Source of the DNA: Chthoniobacter sp.
GTDB taxonomy: Bacteria; Verrucomicrobiota; Verrucomicrobiia; Chthoniobacterales; Chthoniobacteraceae
Direction: 5' to 3'
NCBI GenBank assembly: GCA_034667665.1
Contig: JAXDQW010000039.1
Span: 40,210 to 104,209 of the forward strand
DNA length: 64,000 bases
Positions 1 through 8,486 of this stretch are shown piece by piece (positions within the stretch are counted from its first letter, which is position 1; each line of letters begins with the position of its first letter). The notes under the pieces are model-generated. The model was not told the origin of the DNA. It saw only the letters and a program-made list of their open reading frames with translations, and searched no databases. Both the position numbers and the translations under genes were made by a program.

Positions 1-2
1 GA

Positions 3-176
3 ACAGACGGATCGCGCCGGTGCGGAATGAACAGTCAAAACATTGTTGCCAGGAAAAAAGACATTCTAGCCTCGGTAGCACCTTCACGGAAGTCGGACCG
101 CGAACGGTTTCAAAAGCAGATTCTCGAAGTAGTTGAATCTGTTCACCAGAAGATAAAGGCAGCTTCTGCCGCCTAA
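3..176 (+). CDS. Possible 3' end of a hypothetical gene. The frame is open to the window edge. An internal ATG at 27 would give a 49-aa peptide, MNSQNIVARKKDILASVAPSRKSDRERFQKQILEVVESVHQKIKAASAA.
   Basis: Own translation of frame 3, with stop TAA at 174-176. It is convergent with the 371..4387 gene. No family recognised. Too short for the ORF track. Confidence 0.2.
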   Translation, partial: TDGSRRCGMNSQNIVARKKDILASVAPSRKSDRERFQKQILEVVESVHQKIKAASAA

Positions 177-370
177 GTTCGCGCTGACGGAGCTATCCAA
201 GAAACCACCGAGAAGCGACACTTTGAGAACCGGTCGGCGCCTCGGGCCGCGGCACGAATTTCCCGCGCGATCTTTCGGCGTAGCACCCGTGGCGACTTAG
301 CGGCGCTTCATCCGGCAGCAGCCACATCGGTGACGCAGAAAAATTGATGGCCCCCAGACCCGGCCCGACT

Positions 371-3300
371 CTACACTGCTTCCGCCCCCCAAAGCGTGAA
401 CGACCCTTGGAAGCCCTTGAACTTCACGTTGGGATACTTAATCCAGCGCACCTCAGGATTGATCGTGGCACGGCGACGATCGACGCTCCGCTTTACTTCA
501 TCACTGAATCGAATGCCGTCCCCCTTTGCGTGAGACATTACTCGCGCTGTGAAGTTGAGATTTTGGCCCCAAGCGTCGCCGAATCCCCATCTGGCGCTGT
601 CGTCGATGTTTACCTCTCCGGAATGAACACCCACGCGAATACGCACCGCAGCATGGCCAGTCTCGCCATAAAGCGCCGTTGCAAAGTTCGCTGCGTTTTG
701 AGCGTCGTGAAAAAGCGCGAGGATGCCATCGCCTGTGTTCTTAACGAGAAATCCACGTCCCTGACGGATAAGGAATATTGCACGGGCGAAGTGGCCATCC
801 CGGATCTGTCCCCAAGGCGTTTCGCCCAAGTCGTTGCAGAGCTTCGTGCTATCCACAATATCCGTGAATACAGCGGCAACCGAAAGAACTGTTGCTCCTC
901 CCGTCCATTTCTTAAGCGCGTTCTTCTCGATTGCTGTCATGGAAACGAGCGCCTTTTCGGCCTCCACTTTGGCACGTTGAGCGGCAATGGCATTGCGAAC
1001 CTTTTTCGGGGCAGCTTGATTGTCGTCTTGAAATTTCTCCGGATTTATCTGCCAGTCCTGAAAGAACTCCTTTAACGCCGGGTCGCTGCGCTCCAACATC
1101 ACGAAAAGGCGATTGACCGCCTTCAAATCGCGAACTCGCAAGATTACCTTAACACTACCGCGCCGAGTTCCGACAACCTTAAGCTGCTCGGACGCTATAC
1201 CGAGTAATGTCGCAATTTGCTGGCGAATGGCTTCCAATTCGATTTTACTCAAAGTCGGCACCTCCACCGGAAGCACTATTCGCTGGCTCGCCCGCGTGGA
1301 TTCCTGAGCCGCACCAGAAACACTGAGTAAGACCGTCGTAACCTGCTCAACCAGTTGAACAGGATCCATTTCTGCCGGTCTCCGACCTAGGATGCCGGCG
1401 ACAAGATTCGCCAGCGGCCGCGGGTTGTCTGACTGCAGTTCTCGCAGATCCACCCACCCGAACGATTCCAAAAAAGTGGGCAGCTTCGGTTGCCGTCGGG
1501 CTCCAGGCAAGAGAACAGGGATTACGGCTGAACCCCGCTTGACAAACTTGCGGATAAAAGCCGCCGCTTCTTGGTCCTGCCATGGACCGATACCTCTGGC
1601 TCCGACACATACCACCGCTGACTTCACACGCGCGATCGCTTGCTGAAGCAGCTTTTGCCACGGGCGCCCCGGCACCAAATCCCAGATGTCGAGCCAGGGG
1701 CGGATCCCGACGCTGAGCAATCCTTCGGCCAGTGTCACGACCTGCGCACGATCCTTCGTATTGTAGCTTAAGAAAACATCGTATTCGCCAAGACGATTCT
1801 TGCCTTCGATCGCCGCCGCCGCGAGCTGTCGGCGGCGCATCACTTCGGCGTCCGCGTCCATTTGCCGCTCGCCCTTTCGAGCGTTGTCATTCTCAAGCAT
1901 CATCAGGTCGAAGAGCGGAGTTCGCTCGTCACAATTCGGGCATGCAATGTCTGCCTTACCCAACTTCAGCCGGTTCTCGATTAGGGCTTCATCCCACTCG
2001 TATCCGCAAGCCCGGCAGAAATATAGTCTGTGCGTCACGATACTGCCCGGTGTGGCCTTCGACTCCAAGTGCTGACGCACGAAGCGTAGAAAAGCGTGCT
2101 GCTCATCCACTCGCGGATTATCTTCGAAATACACACTCATCGTGCCCTGACCCGGTGCCCGCTGGCGTTCATCGAGCACGACGGAACAACGACCTCCTGC
2201 CTTCGCCTCGTAACAGGCCGCGTCGCGGAAAAACTCGGTCTTTGTAAACTCCCTATGATGCGCGAGACGCACGACCAAGGTAGTGAATATGGAGCGTGTC
2301 GCTCCCTCAAAATCGAACGCGATGCCCGGCGCGTTGCGCCGTGGGTAGGGGGCTTCTCGGGTGTATTCCGAGGGGAAGACCAAGTAGTCGCCATCTTGGG
2401 GTCCCCCTTCTTCGATCCGCTCTCGTAGCGCAATGTCGTGGCCCAGCAACCGCTCTACTGCCACGGCCAACACCCGCCGCTCGTGTTCCCGGTGGGCGAT
2501 CCGCTCCTCCCTAGGAAGACCCAGTTTCCCCGCCACGACGTCACTTTCCAGAAGATGACCGATGCCACGCGGGTCCTCTTTCCGGGCAGCGAGCAACAGA
2601 GCGGAGGCATATCCATCGATGTATTCCGGTTGGAGCAGCACAAACTCGGCTTCCTCTTCCTCCGCCTTGAAAGCGCGGAACTTCAGCAGTTCGACGAATC
2701 CCGCCGCTTCCAGGCGGTCCACGCACGTCCGGAAATCAGCAAAGGTGGCTTTACGCAGCCAGCGATCTGAAGATTCAGCGCATCGTTTGAAGAGATCGTC
2801 CACCCGTTCCACCGGCGCCTCGTCGCCATCCGCCTTTTCCTTCTGAAGGAATTGTCTGATCGATACGAACAACTGATTGGAGCCGACCTCCTCCAACTCG
2901 TCCCACCGAACTGCGCCACGGATCGCCTCAGCCAGCTTCCGAACACCTTCGCCCGTTTTCGAACTGGTTTGAAAGACGCCTGCGAAATCGTTTTGGTGAG
3001 CGAAGCGCTCCAATTCCTCGGGACTGACTGCGAGGCCTCCACGATCAATTCGCGCCACGACGAGAAACTTGGTGATAGGCACGGCGGAACGTGCTTGGGC
3101 AATGGCTCGTGCCCAATATTCTACGACGCCGAGGGGATCAGTCTCGCTCCGAGCATCGACCAGCACGAGCGCCACGGCAGCTTGGTCGATATTGAGCTGA
3201 TGGACTAGACGGTATCCCGGTTGCCCCGCCAAATCCCAGAGCATGATCTCTCGTATCTGTCGACGCCCAAACCCCAACGAGACCTCCGTTTGTTTGAGTG

Positions 3301-4387
3301 ACCAAATGCGCCGAGCATGCGTCGAATCCGTCGGTTGAAACTCCTCGCCAGCCAATACCATGCCCAAGGCGGACTTTCCGACACCAGTGTCGCCCACCAG
3401 CACCACTTTGGCATTGCGGTAACTGATGGAGTCTTGGGCCAACTGGTTCTCGTCAAGCCGCGCGAAATCGATGTGCCAGACTCGGATCACCTCTCCGTCT
3501 TGTCCCTCGGCAACCGTGAGCAGGTGCGTGCCGGCCGGGCTGAAGGCGACGCGCGTATCGGCCGCCCAGTGGGGGATCGCGACAGGAAGATCAGCCATAC
3601 TCCGACCTGACTCAAGTTCCCAAATGCGAGCCGTGTTGTCCGCCGAATCGGTGGCCGCCCAGCGTCCGTCCCTACTGATGGCGAGTCCGACGACGTTGCT
3701 GTTGTGGCCTTCCAAGGTTCGCAGCAGTCTCCCGCTGGATGCATCCCAAACGCGCACGGTCTTGTCCTCGCACGCGGCCACAACCAATCGGCCATCAGGC
3801 GTCATTGCCACTGATGAGACGGAGCCGAGACCGACTTCCATCGTCCGAAGAAGCCGGCCAGAAACCAATTCCCACACACGGACCTTTCCATCCCATCCGC
3901 CGGAAATGATCGAATTCCCATCCGGCGTGACAGTCACGGAACAAACCGTGCCACCATGCCCTTCGATGGCTCGGAAGAGCTTGCCGGAGTTCAGTTGCCA
4001 AACCCACACCATTCCGTCGCTGCCGCCGGCAACTACCGATCGGCCATCAGGCGTGACCGCAACCGAAGTTACAAGGTCGCGGTCGCCTTCCAAGTCTCGG
4101 AGGAATCGGCCGGATTCGAGGTCCCACACAGACATCGCCCCGTCTTCACCTCCAGAAATCACCCAGCGTCCATCGGGCGTTACTGCGACTGCCAAGATAA
4201 CGCGAGGACGATTCTTCATCGTCCGCATCAGGCACCCGGATTCCAGATCCCAAACACGAACTGTGTGATCGCTGCCCCCAGAAATCACCGTCCGGCCATC
4301 GGATGTCACAACGAGGCTCTGAATCCCTTTCTGGTGACCGACGAGTTCGAGAACTGCCGTGATGCCCGTCGGGAGACTACCGCTCAC
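371..4387 (-). CDS. Multidomain protein of 1338 aa: WD40 propeller, Roc-type small GTPase, COR-like region, Zn ribbon, TIR domain, class III nucleotidyl (adenylate-type) cyclase.
   Basis: ORF track; GTG start preceded by GAGGAG. Seven 'DG..(V/I)..G..D..(V/I)W(D/E)L' blades. G1 GDTGVGKS (aa 332-339), G3 DLAGQ (385-389), G4-like ARID (445-448), G5 SSK (475-477). CxxC at 791-794 and 816-819. TIR motifs 'YDVFLSYNTKD' (869-879) and 'GPWQDQE' (934-940). Cyclase motifs 'FTDIVDST', 'KNTGDG', 'RVGVHSGEV', 'GDAWGQNLNFTAR'. Confidence 0.88.
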   Translation of the reverse strand: MSGSLPTGITAVLELVGHQKGIQSLVVTSDGRTVISGGSDHTVRVWDLESGCLMRTMKNRPRVILAVAVTPDGRWVISGGEDGAMSVWDLESGRFLRDLEGDRDLVTSVAVTPDGRSVVAGGSDGMVWVWQLNSGKLFRAIEGHGGTVCSVTVTPDGNSIISGGWDGKVRVWELVSGRLLRTMEVGLGSVSSVAMTPDGRLVVAACEDKTVRVWDASSGRLLRTLEGHNSNVVGLAISRDGRWAATDSADNTARIWELESGRSMADLPVAIPHWAADTRVAFSPAGTHLLTVAEGQDGEVIRVWHIDFARLDENQLAQDSISYRNAKVVLVGDTGVGKSALGMVLAGEEFQPTDSTHARRIWSLKQTEVSLGFGRRQIREIMLWDLAGQPGYRLVHQLNIDQAAVALVLVDARSETDPLGVVEYWARAIAQARSAVPITKFLVVARIDRGGLAVSPEELERFAHQNDFAGVFQTSSKTGEGVRKLAEAIRGAVRWDELEEVGSNQLFVSIRQFLQKEKADGDEAPVERVDDLFKRCAESSDRWLRKATFADFRTCVDRLEAAGFVELLKFRAFKAEEEEAEFVLLQPEYIDGYASALLLAARKEDPRGIGHLLESDVVAGKLGLPREERIAHREHERRVLAVAVERLLGHDIALRERIEEGGPQDGDYLVFPSEYTREAPYPRRNAPGIAFDFEGATRSIFTTLVVRLAHHREFTKTEFFRDAACYEAKAGGRCSVVLDERQRAPGQGTMSVYFEDNPRVDEQHAFLRFVRQHLESKATPGSIVTHRLYFCRACGYEWDEALIENRLKLGKADIACPNCDERTPLFDLMMLENDNARKGERQMDADAEVMRRRQLAAAAIEGKNRLGEYDVFLSYNTKDRAQVVTLAEGLLSVGIRPWLDIWDLVPGRPWQKLLQQAIARVKSAVVCVGARGIGPWQDQEAAAFIRKFVKRGSAVIPVLLPGARRQPKLPTFLESFGWVDLRELQSDNPRPLANLVAGILGRRPAEMDPVQLVEQVTTVLLSVSGAAQESTRASQRIVLPVEVPTLSKIELEAIRQQIATLLGIASEQLKVVGTRRGSVKVILRVRDLKAVNRLFVMLERSDPALKEFFQDWQINPEKFQDDNQAAPKKVRNAIAAQRAKVEAEKALVSMTAIEKNALKKWTGGATVLSVAAVFTDIVDSTKLCNDLGETPWGQIRDGHFARAIFLIRQGRGFLVKNTGDGILALFHDAQNAANFATALYGETGHAAVRIRVGVHSGEVNIDDSARWGFGDAWGQNLNFTARVMSHAKGDGIRFSDEVKRSVDRRRATINPEVRWIKYPNVKFKGFQGSFTLWGAEAV
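374..895 (-). other. Class III nucleotidyl cyclase catalytic domain, aa ~1165-1338.
   Basis: Metal-binding D1176 (FTDIVDST) and D1220 (NTGDG). Specificity pair K1216 and D1271. Transition-state N1278 and R1282 (WGQNLNFTAR). Confidence 0.85.
1388..1786 (-). other. TIR domain, aa ~868-1000.
   Basis: 'EYDVFLSYNTKDRAQV', 'AVVCVGARGIGPWQDQEAAAFI', 'SAVIPVLLPG'. W936-x3-E940 sits where the catalytic Glu of NADase TIRs is found. Confidence 0.8.
1928..2020 (-). other. Zn-ribbon (CxxC-x21-CxxC), aa ~790-820.
   Basis: 'YFCRACGYEWDEALIENRLKLGKADIACPNCDERTP'. Confidence 0.6.
2033..2890 (-). other. COR-like (C-terminal of Roc) helical/winged-helix region, aa ~500-785. Assigned by position and composition only.
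   Basis: About 290 aa directly after the Roc-type G domain, as in ROCO proteins. I cannot point to a diagnostic motif. Confidence 0.4.
2903..3415 (-). other. Ras/Roc-like small GTPase domain, aa ~325-495.
   Basis: P-loop 'VVLVGDTGVGKSAL', switch II 'WDLAGQ', 'VVARID' (degenerate NKxD, as in Roc domains), 'TSSKTGEG'. Confidence 0.8.
3473..4360 (-). other. WD40 beta-propeller domain (7 blades), aa ~10-305 of the 1338-aa protein.
   Basis: Seven repeats ending VRVWDL, MSVWDL, VWVWQL, VRVWEL, VRVWDA, ARIWEL and IRVWHI, each preceded by (T/S)PDG or SxDG. Confidence 0.85.
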
Positions 4388-4513
4388 ACGATCTCCTCAC
4401 GAAGCCGAGATCCCCGGGAATTTCTCGGACCGAGGCCGAAAACACTGAGCATCGGCAATGCGCACCTAAAGCCGGCGTATCGCGTCTGACCAGTCGCGAC
4501 ACAGCGGCGGCGG

Positions 4514-4921
4514 TTACGGCAGAACGGGTGGTTCCTGCACCGCTTTTCGGATGCGGGTCCACATCGTTCGCCGCTTAGGCTCGTTCGACTCAAGCACTTC
4601 ACGCCAGCCGAGTTCCACCAAGTAAATCAGCACGAAGTGGCACAACACGTTGATCGGATCGGCTTTTGGCGACTTGTCCCGCACCCATGCTGCCGCTCGG
4701 GCAAAATCGTCTGCCGTTGATCCAACGTGAATGATGCCGCTGACCAAGGGCAGGCTTCCGGTGATGAACATGGCGTATGCTTGCTTCTGGGCAGTGACGC
4801 CTGAATAATTTTCTTGGAGCCGTTCGAGGATAATCTGCTTGTTTTCCTCGATGAAACGATCCACGCGCAGCAGTTCTTCGACCACGTGTGTTGCTGGCTT
4901 GAACTCTTGAAGTGCTCGCAT
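4514..4921 (-). CDS. Hypothetical protein, 135 aa, no recognisable domain. Lies 126 nt upstream of the TIR-cyclase gene and is co-directional with it.
   Basis: ORF track; ATG start; ordinary amino-acid composition; no competing ORF with better support. The region looks more AT-rich than the core genome. Confidence 0.55.
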   Translation of the reverse strand: MRALQEFKPATHVVEELLRVDRFIEENKQIILERLQENYSGVTAQKQAYAMFITGSLPLVSGIIHVGSTADDFARAAAWVRDKSPKADPINVLCHFVLIYLVELGWREVLESNEPKRRTMWTRIRKAVQEPPVLP

Positions 4922-4977
4922 GTCGCTAGTTGATTCGATGAAAGGGGTTGTTTGGACGGGTGATCAGGTGAAAGGCG

Positions 4978-6201
4978 CTAAACGAAGTGGCAAGTCAGTG
5001 GGCGGTCAAGCACCTCATGGAAGCATGTGCCGGTCCGAACATCAAAATGTTCCTGATGGCCACGCCCCCTGCCTGCCGCACTGCGCATGAAACGGTGTAG
5101 GCAGGTAGCGGAGCGACAGGGAAGCGTTTTCCAAGAAAATTGTTTACGCTGATTCCCGGGCTCAGGCGATTCTAGATGGGGATACGTAACGGCACCGAGG
5201 CGTGCATTCGTCGCAAACCCGTAACCCTGATACGGGGAAAACCGCGAGCCGATGGCAAACCACTCTGGCGCCTCCGAAAAGCGATGGAGTTCCGGCGTAA
5301 AACTCAGATCCATGTGCGCAAAAAAACGCGGCACAAAGGCAAGTTGGATTGCCCCCGTGCCGGTGAGTGCTGGAGCTGGGACTGGTTTCACAAGCAATTC
5401 TTCTAGAAGATAATCTGTCCCTGCTAGCAAGCTGATTATCCGGTAGAATTGATAGCGCTCCCGACTTTCGGGATCGCCTGGAGCGATGTCAAAGGCTGCC
5501 GACGCAAGGGTGATGCTAGCACGAACCGGACCGCTCGATTTTGAGACGAGTTCATACGGCTGGTCAAACAGCTGCACACGCTGGTAGGTTGGGGCACTCG
5601 AACCGGGAAGCTCAAGCCTCAATTCGTCAACCTGCATGCAGCGTTTTTCGGGGTCGTGGCCTTCCCATCCCTTGAGGGCTGCCGCGAAGGCATCGAGCAT
5701 TTCAAGTCCGTCCAGCCGAACGCTTGTGGCCGCGCCGGCATACCAGTTCTTCGCGGGGTCGCCGGGTGAAGGTAGAAGATTGAAAGACGCTGCCAACCGT
5801 TCATTGCTCAGCTGCACGACCCGTGGTTGCCCATTTGGATCACTGTCAAGCACTTTATAGTGCGCCTTTTCCTCCTGTTGCGATCTAGAACTGCGACGTC
5901 TGAGCGTAAAAATGACAGAAGGGGCGGAGCCGTTGACAGGCTCGATCTTGCGCGGCAAAGAAAAAATCAACGTGTCCCGCGCTGGGTCAACTTGGCAAGG
6001 GATCTCCAGGTCCGACTCGTCCACCAAGGCGACTTCGTCCGGGCCGATGCCCATGCGTGCTTGGATAGGGTGCCAAGCAACCGATGCCCATCCGCCGCGA
6101 GGATAGCTGGAGTGATTGAATACGAACAACTGGTCGGGCATCGATGAAAGTTGGGGCCGGGAGAGCGATCCAGTGGGCACCTTTATCTGTTCCGCCAGCA
6201 C
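4978..6201 (-). CDS. Hypothetical protein, 407 aa from the GTG at 6201, or 387 aa from the ATG at 6141 ('MPDQLFVFNHSS...').
   Basis: ORF track; co-directional with the 135-aa ORF, 56 nt away. No family recognised. The Cys/His/Arg-rich last ~50 aa look atypical, so the 3' end may be degraded. Confidence 0.55.
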   Translation of the reverse strand: MLAEQIKVPTGSLSRPQLSSMPDQLFVFNHSSYPRGGWASVAWHPIQARMGIGPDEVALVDESDLEIPCQVDPARDTLIFSLPRKIEPVNGSAPSVIFTLRRRSSRSQQEEKAHYKVLDSDPNGQPRVVQLSNERLAASFNLLPSPGDPAKNWYAGAATSVRLDGLEMLDAFAAALKGWEGHDPEKRCMQVDELRLELPGSSAPTYQRVQLFDQPYELVSKSSGPVRASITLASAAFDIAPGDPESRERYQFYRIISLLAGTDYLLEELLVKPVPAPALTGTGAIQLAFVPRFFAHMDLSFTPELHRFSEAPEWFAIGSRFSPYQGYGFATNARLGAVTYPHLESPEPGNQRKQFSWKTLPCRSATCLHRFMRSAAGRGRGHQEHFDVRTGTCFHEVLDRPLTCHFV

Positions 6202-6646
6202 GCAGCAAAGGACTTTCTAAACTTTTTCATTTCGGACATCTTTTGAACGATCCGCAACCGTCGGAGCGAGTTTACGACGTTCCGTGAAAACCCACAAAGG
6301 GCGCAAGTGATCCTGCACCGAAAGGGCGCCACCTCCACGGGTTTCGGCGTGCTCGGCATCATCCCTGGAGGTGGCTTCACAGGGCTCTGTCGTGCGGAAT
6401 GGCGGATTTGAGCAAGTCACTGCAGTCGGGCTTCCAGAGATCTGATATCACTAAAACGCCACGGCGGGAGCGGAATTGGCCCTCCTGTCGAGCGCCGTCA
6501 ATTCGGCCCTCGTCCTCCTCCGACCGTCAAGCCGCCGTCCGCCACAAAAGCGGCCATGGGCGCTGAGTCGGGCGAACACCTCCGGCGTGAAGAGATGGTT
6601 CCGCAGGGGTCGAGGCCCGTTGCCGTGGATTCGATTCGGGGCACCG

Positions 6647-8443
6647 TTAGCCGCCAGCACCAAGCCGATTCGATTCCGTCCACGCTTCAAGCTCGGGTGG
6701 TAGAGGGTCGCGCCCACTCCACTTGCGTGTGCCATCCGGGGTGGGTGCTATGACAAGCGTTCTAGAGGCTCCCGTTCCGACTTCTTGAAAAGCAAGCGCT
6801 TCGGGTCTGTTTCCGATCGTAATCACCCAGCGAGTGACAGCGTTCGAAAATGTCACGGCGAGAAGCGGCTCCGCGCTGTTGATTCTCACCCTGTAGTCTG
6901 GTCCCTGCCACTCGCGCCGAAGACCTCGTGGATACAAGTCGATTCTCGCGATTTTTCTGTGGATCTCATCACGAAGGCGGATTCGACCCTCGCGGTCAGT
7001 CGCCTTCAGGGCCAACTGTTTAAGCCTCGTCGCGTTATTCTCGAACTCTTCGATGGCCTGACGCCTAATTTTGAAATCTTCTTCCTTCAGCGCGAGTCGC
7101 CCTTCCGCCTCAGAAAGATCCGTCTCGAGTTGACCAAGTCTTTTCACCAACGCAGCCGGTGGATCGCTGGTCGTTTGGATCGCGGCTAGAACCTTCTCGA
7201 CCCCATCGCGCAGACTCTGGACCTCCGACACGATGCTCGCCAGCTCTTCGTCGTCCCCGGTGGCGCCCGATTCCTCACCTTCACTCAAAACGCGCTTCCA
7301 GTCGAGTTCGTGAACGAAACGCAGGAAGAGGTTTTCGAAGTGAGGATATTTCCAGGTGCAGGGCGGTGCGCTTGGGTGCGTTCGTCGCCGATCTGAAACG
7401 AGGTATTTCCATTTTCCTTCCCCGCGTTTGCGAGTGCCCTTGTCCACGAATCGCATGACGGCACCGCTATATCCATCGAAAGCGATTTTGCTGAAAAGAT
7501 TGGAGACCTTGTCGCCGATTGGCCCGGGAACGCTCCGGCTTCGACAATTGACACTGCGGAAAACCTTCTCATCGATAATTGCGGGAAAATAGCCGGCGAT
7601 GGGATCCCCGTCCGGAATCCTCTTCCCTTCAACCATGCGGTGCGGCTGGAACTCCCCGAGAACTGCGCGGTTCGCCAGAATTTTTTGGATGTAGCTATCG
7701 TGCCAGCCGTTGCCACGACGCTTGCCCTTGCCCCATGGTTCGATCCCTTCCTGGTTGAAGCTTTTTGCTATCGAACGCTTGCCGTGACCCGCATCAGCGA
7801 GAGCGAACAGCCGGCGCACCAAACGCACGCGCTCCGGGATCTTTTCGAAAGCGGTTCGCGTTGCGTTCAGGGCGAGCCATCCAGGCGCCTGCGCTGTCAG
7901 TTTTCGTTCTCCTATCGCCCTGCGCTTGTTCACCCAAGCGGCGGAAAGGCGTTTCGATTTCGTCGCCGATTCTTCATGGGCTCTCGCCATGATCACCAAG
8001 CTCATCATCAGGTTTCCCATGTTCTGGTCGAGCGAGCCTTTGCTGTAGGTCATCTCGTCGGCGAGCGTGACCACAATCACCCCAGCGTTGATGATTTCTA
8101 GGAACGTTGGGATCGCTTCGGTCATTTGCGCTCTGCTCAATCGGTCCAACGACTCAAGGAGCAAATATGATCCAGGGGGGACCTTCTTGGCGGAGATGGC
8201 CTCCAAAAACGTCGCGAGCGCTCCGGTTGTTTTGTTTTTTCCGCGGAATGCGGAAACGCCCAGATCATGGAGGTTCAGCTGGTCGTCCAGAACAAGACCG
8301 TGCTCTCGAGCATAACGCTCGGAGATCTCAAGTTGCCTGCGCAAGCTGTCGCCCTTCAACTGCTCCGGAGTTGAAAACCGGATGTAGCTGAAGGCCAGGG
8401 GTGGCCGGCTCGGCTTGATGGATCTTGTAGGAATTGCTGACAA
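6647..8443 (-). CDS. Large serine recombinase (serine integrase), 598 aa.
   Basis: N-terminal resolvase-type catalytic motif 'AFSYIRFSTPEQLKGDSLRRQ', 'LLLESLDRLSR', then a long recombinase/coiled-coil C-terminal extension. Apparent TTG start. Sits at the extremity of the inserted DNA. Confidence 0.9.
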   Translation of the reverse strand: MSAIPTRSIKPSRPPLAFSYIRFSTPEQLKGDSLRRQLEISERYAREHGLVLDDQLNLHDLGVSAFRGKNKTTGALATFLEAISAKKVPPGSYLLLESLDRLSRAQMTEAIPTFLEIINAGVIVVTLADEMTYSKGSLDQNMGNLMMSLVIMARAHEESATKSKRLSAAWVNKRRAIGERKLTAQAPGWLALNATRTAFEKIPERVRLVRRLFALADAGHGKRSIAKSFNQEGIEPWGKGKRRGNGWHDSYIQKILANRAVLGEFQPHRMVEGKRIPDGDPIAGYFPAIIDEKVFRSVNCRSRSVPGPIGDKVSNLFSKIAFDGYSGAVMRFVDKGTRKRGEGKWKYLVSDRRRTHPSAPPCTWKYPHFENLFLRFVHELDWKRVLSEGEESGATGDDEELASIVSEVQSLRDGVEKVLAAIQTTSDPPAALVKRLGQLETDLSEAEGRLALKEEDFKIRRQAIEEFENNATRLKQLALKATDREGRIRLRDEIHRKIARIDLYPRGLRREWQGPDYRVRINSAEPLLAVTFSNAVTRWVITIGNRPEALAFQEVGTGASRTLVIAPTPDGTRKWSGRDPLPPELEAWTESNRLGAGG

Positions 8444-8486
8444 CGCAAATTGAACGTAGCTGACCGCCGGGGTGAATCAACCACAA

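Noticed and set aside
344-1075. 243-aa plus-strand ORF.
   Set aside because: It is fully antisense to the cyclase domain of the 1338-aa gene, which has clear catalytic motifs. Its composition is odd and no family is recognised.
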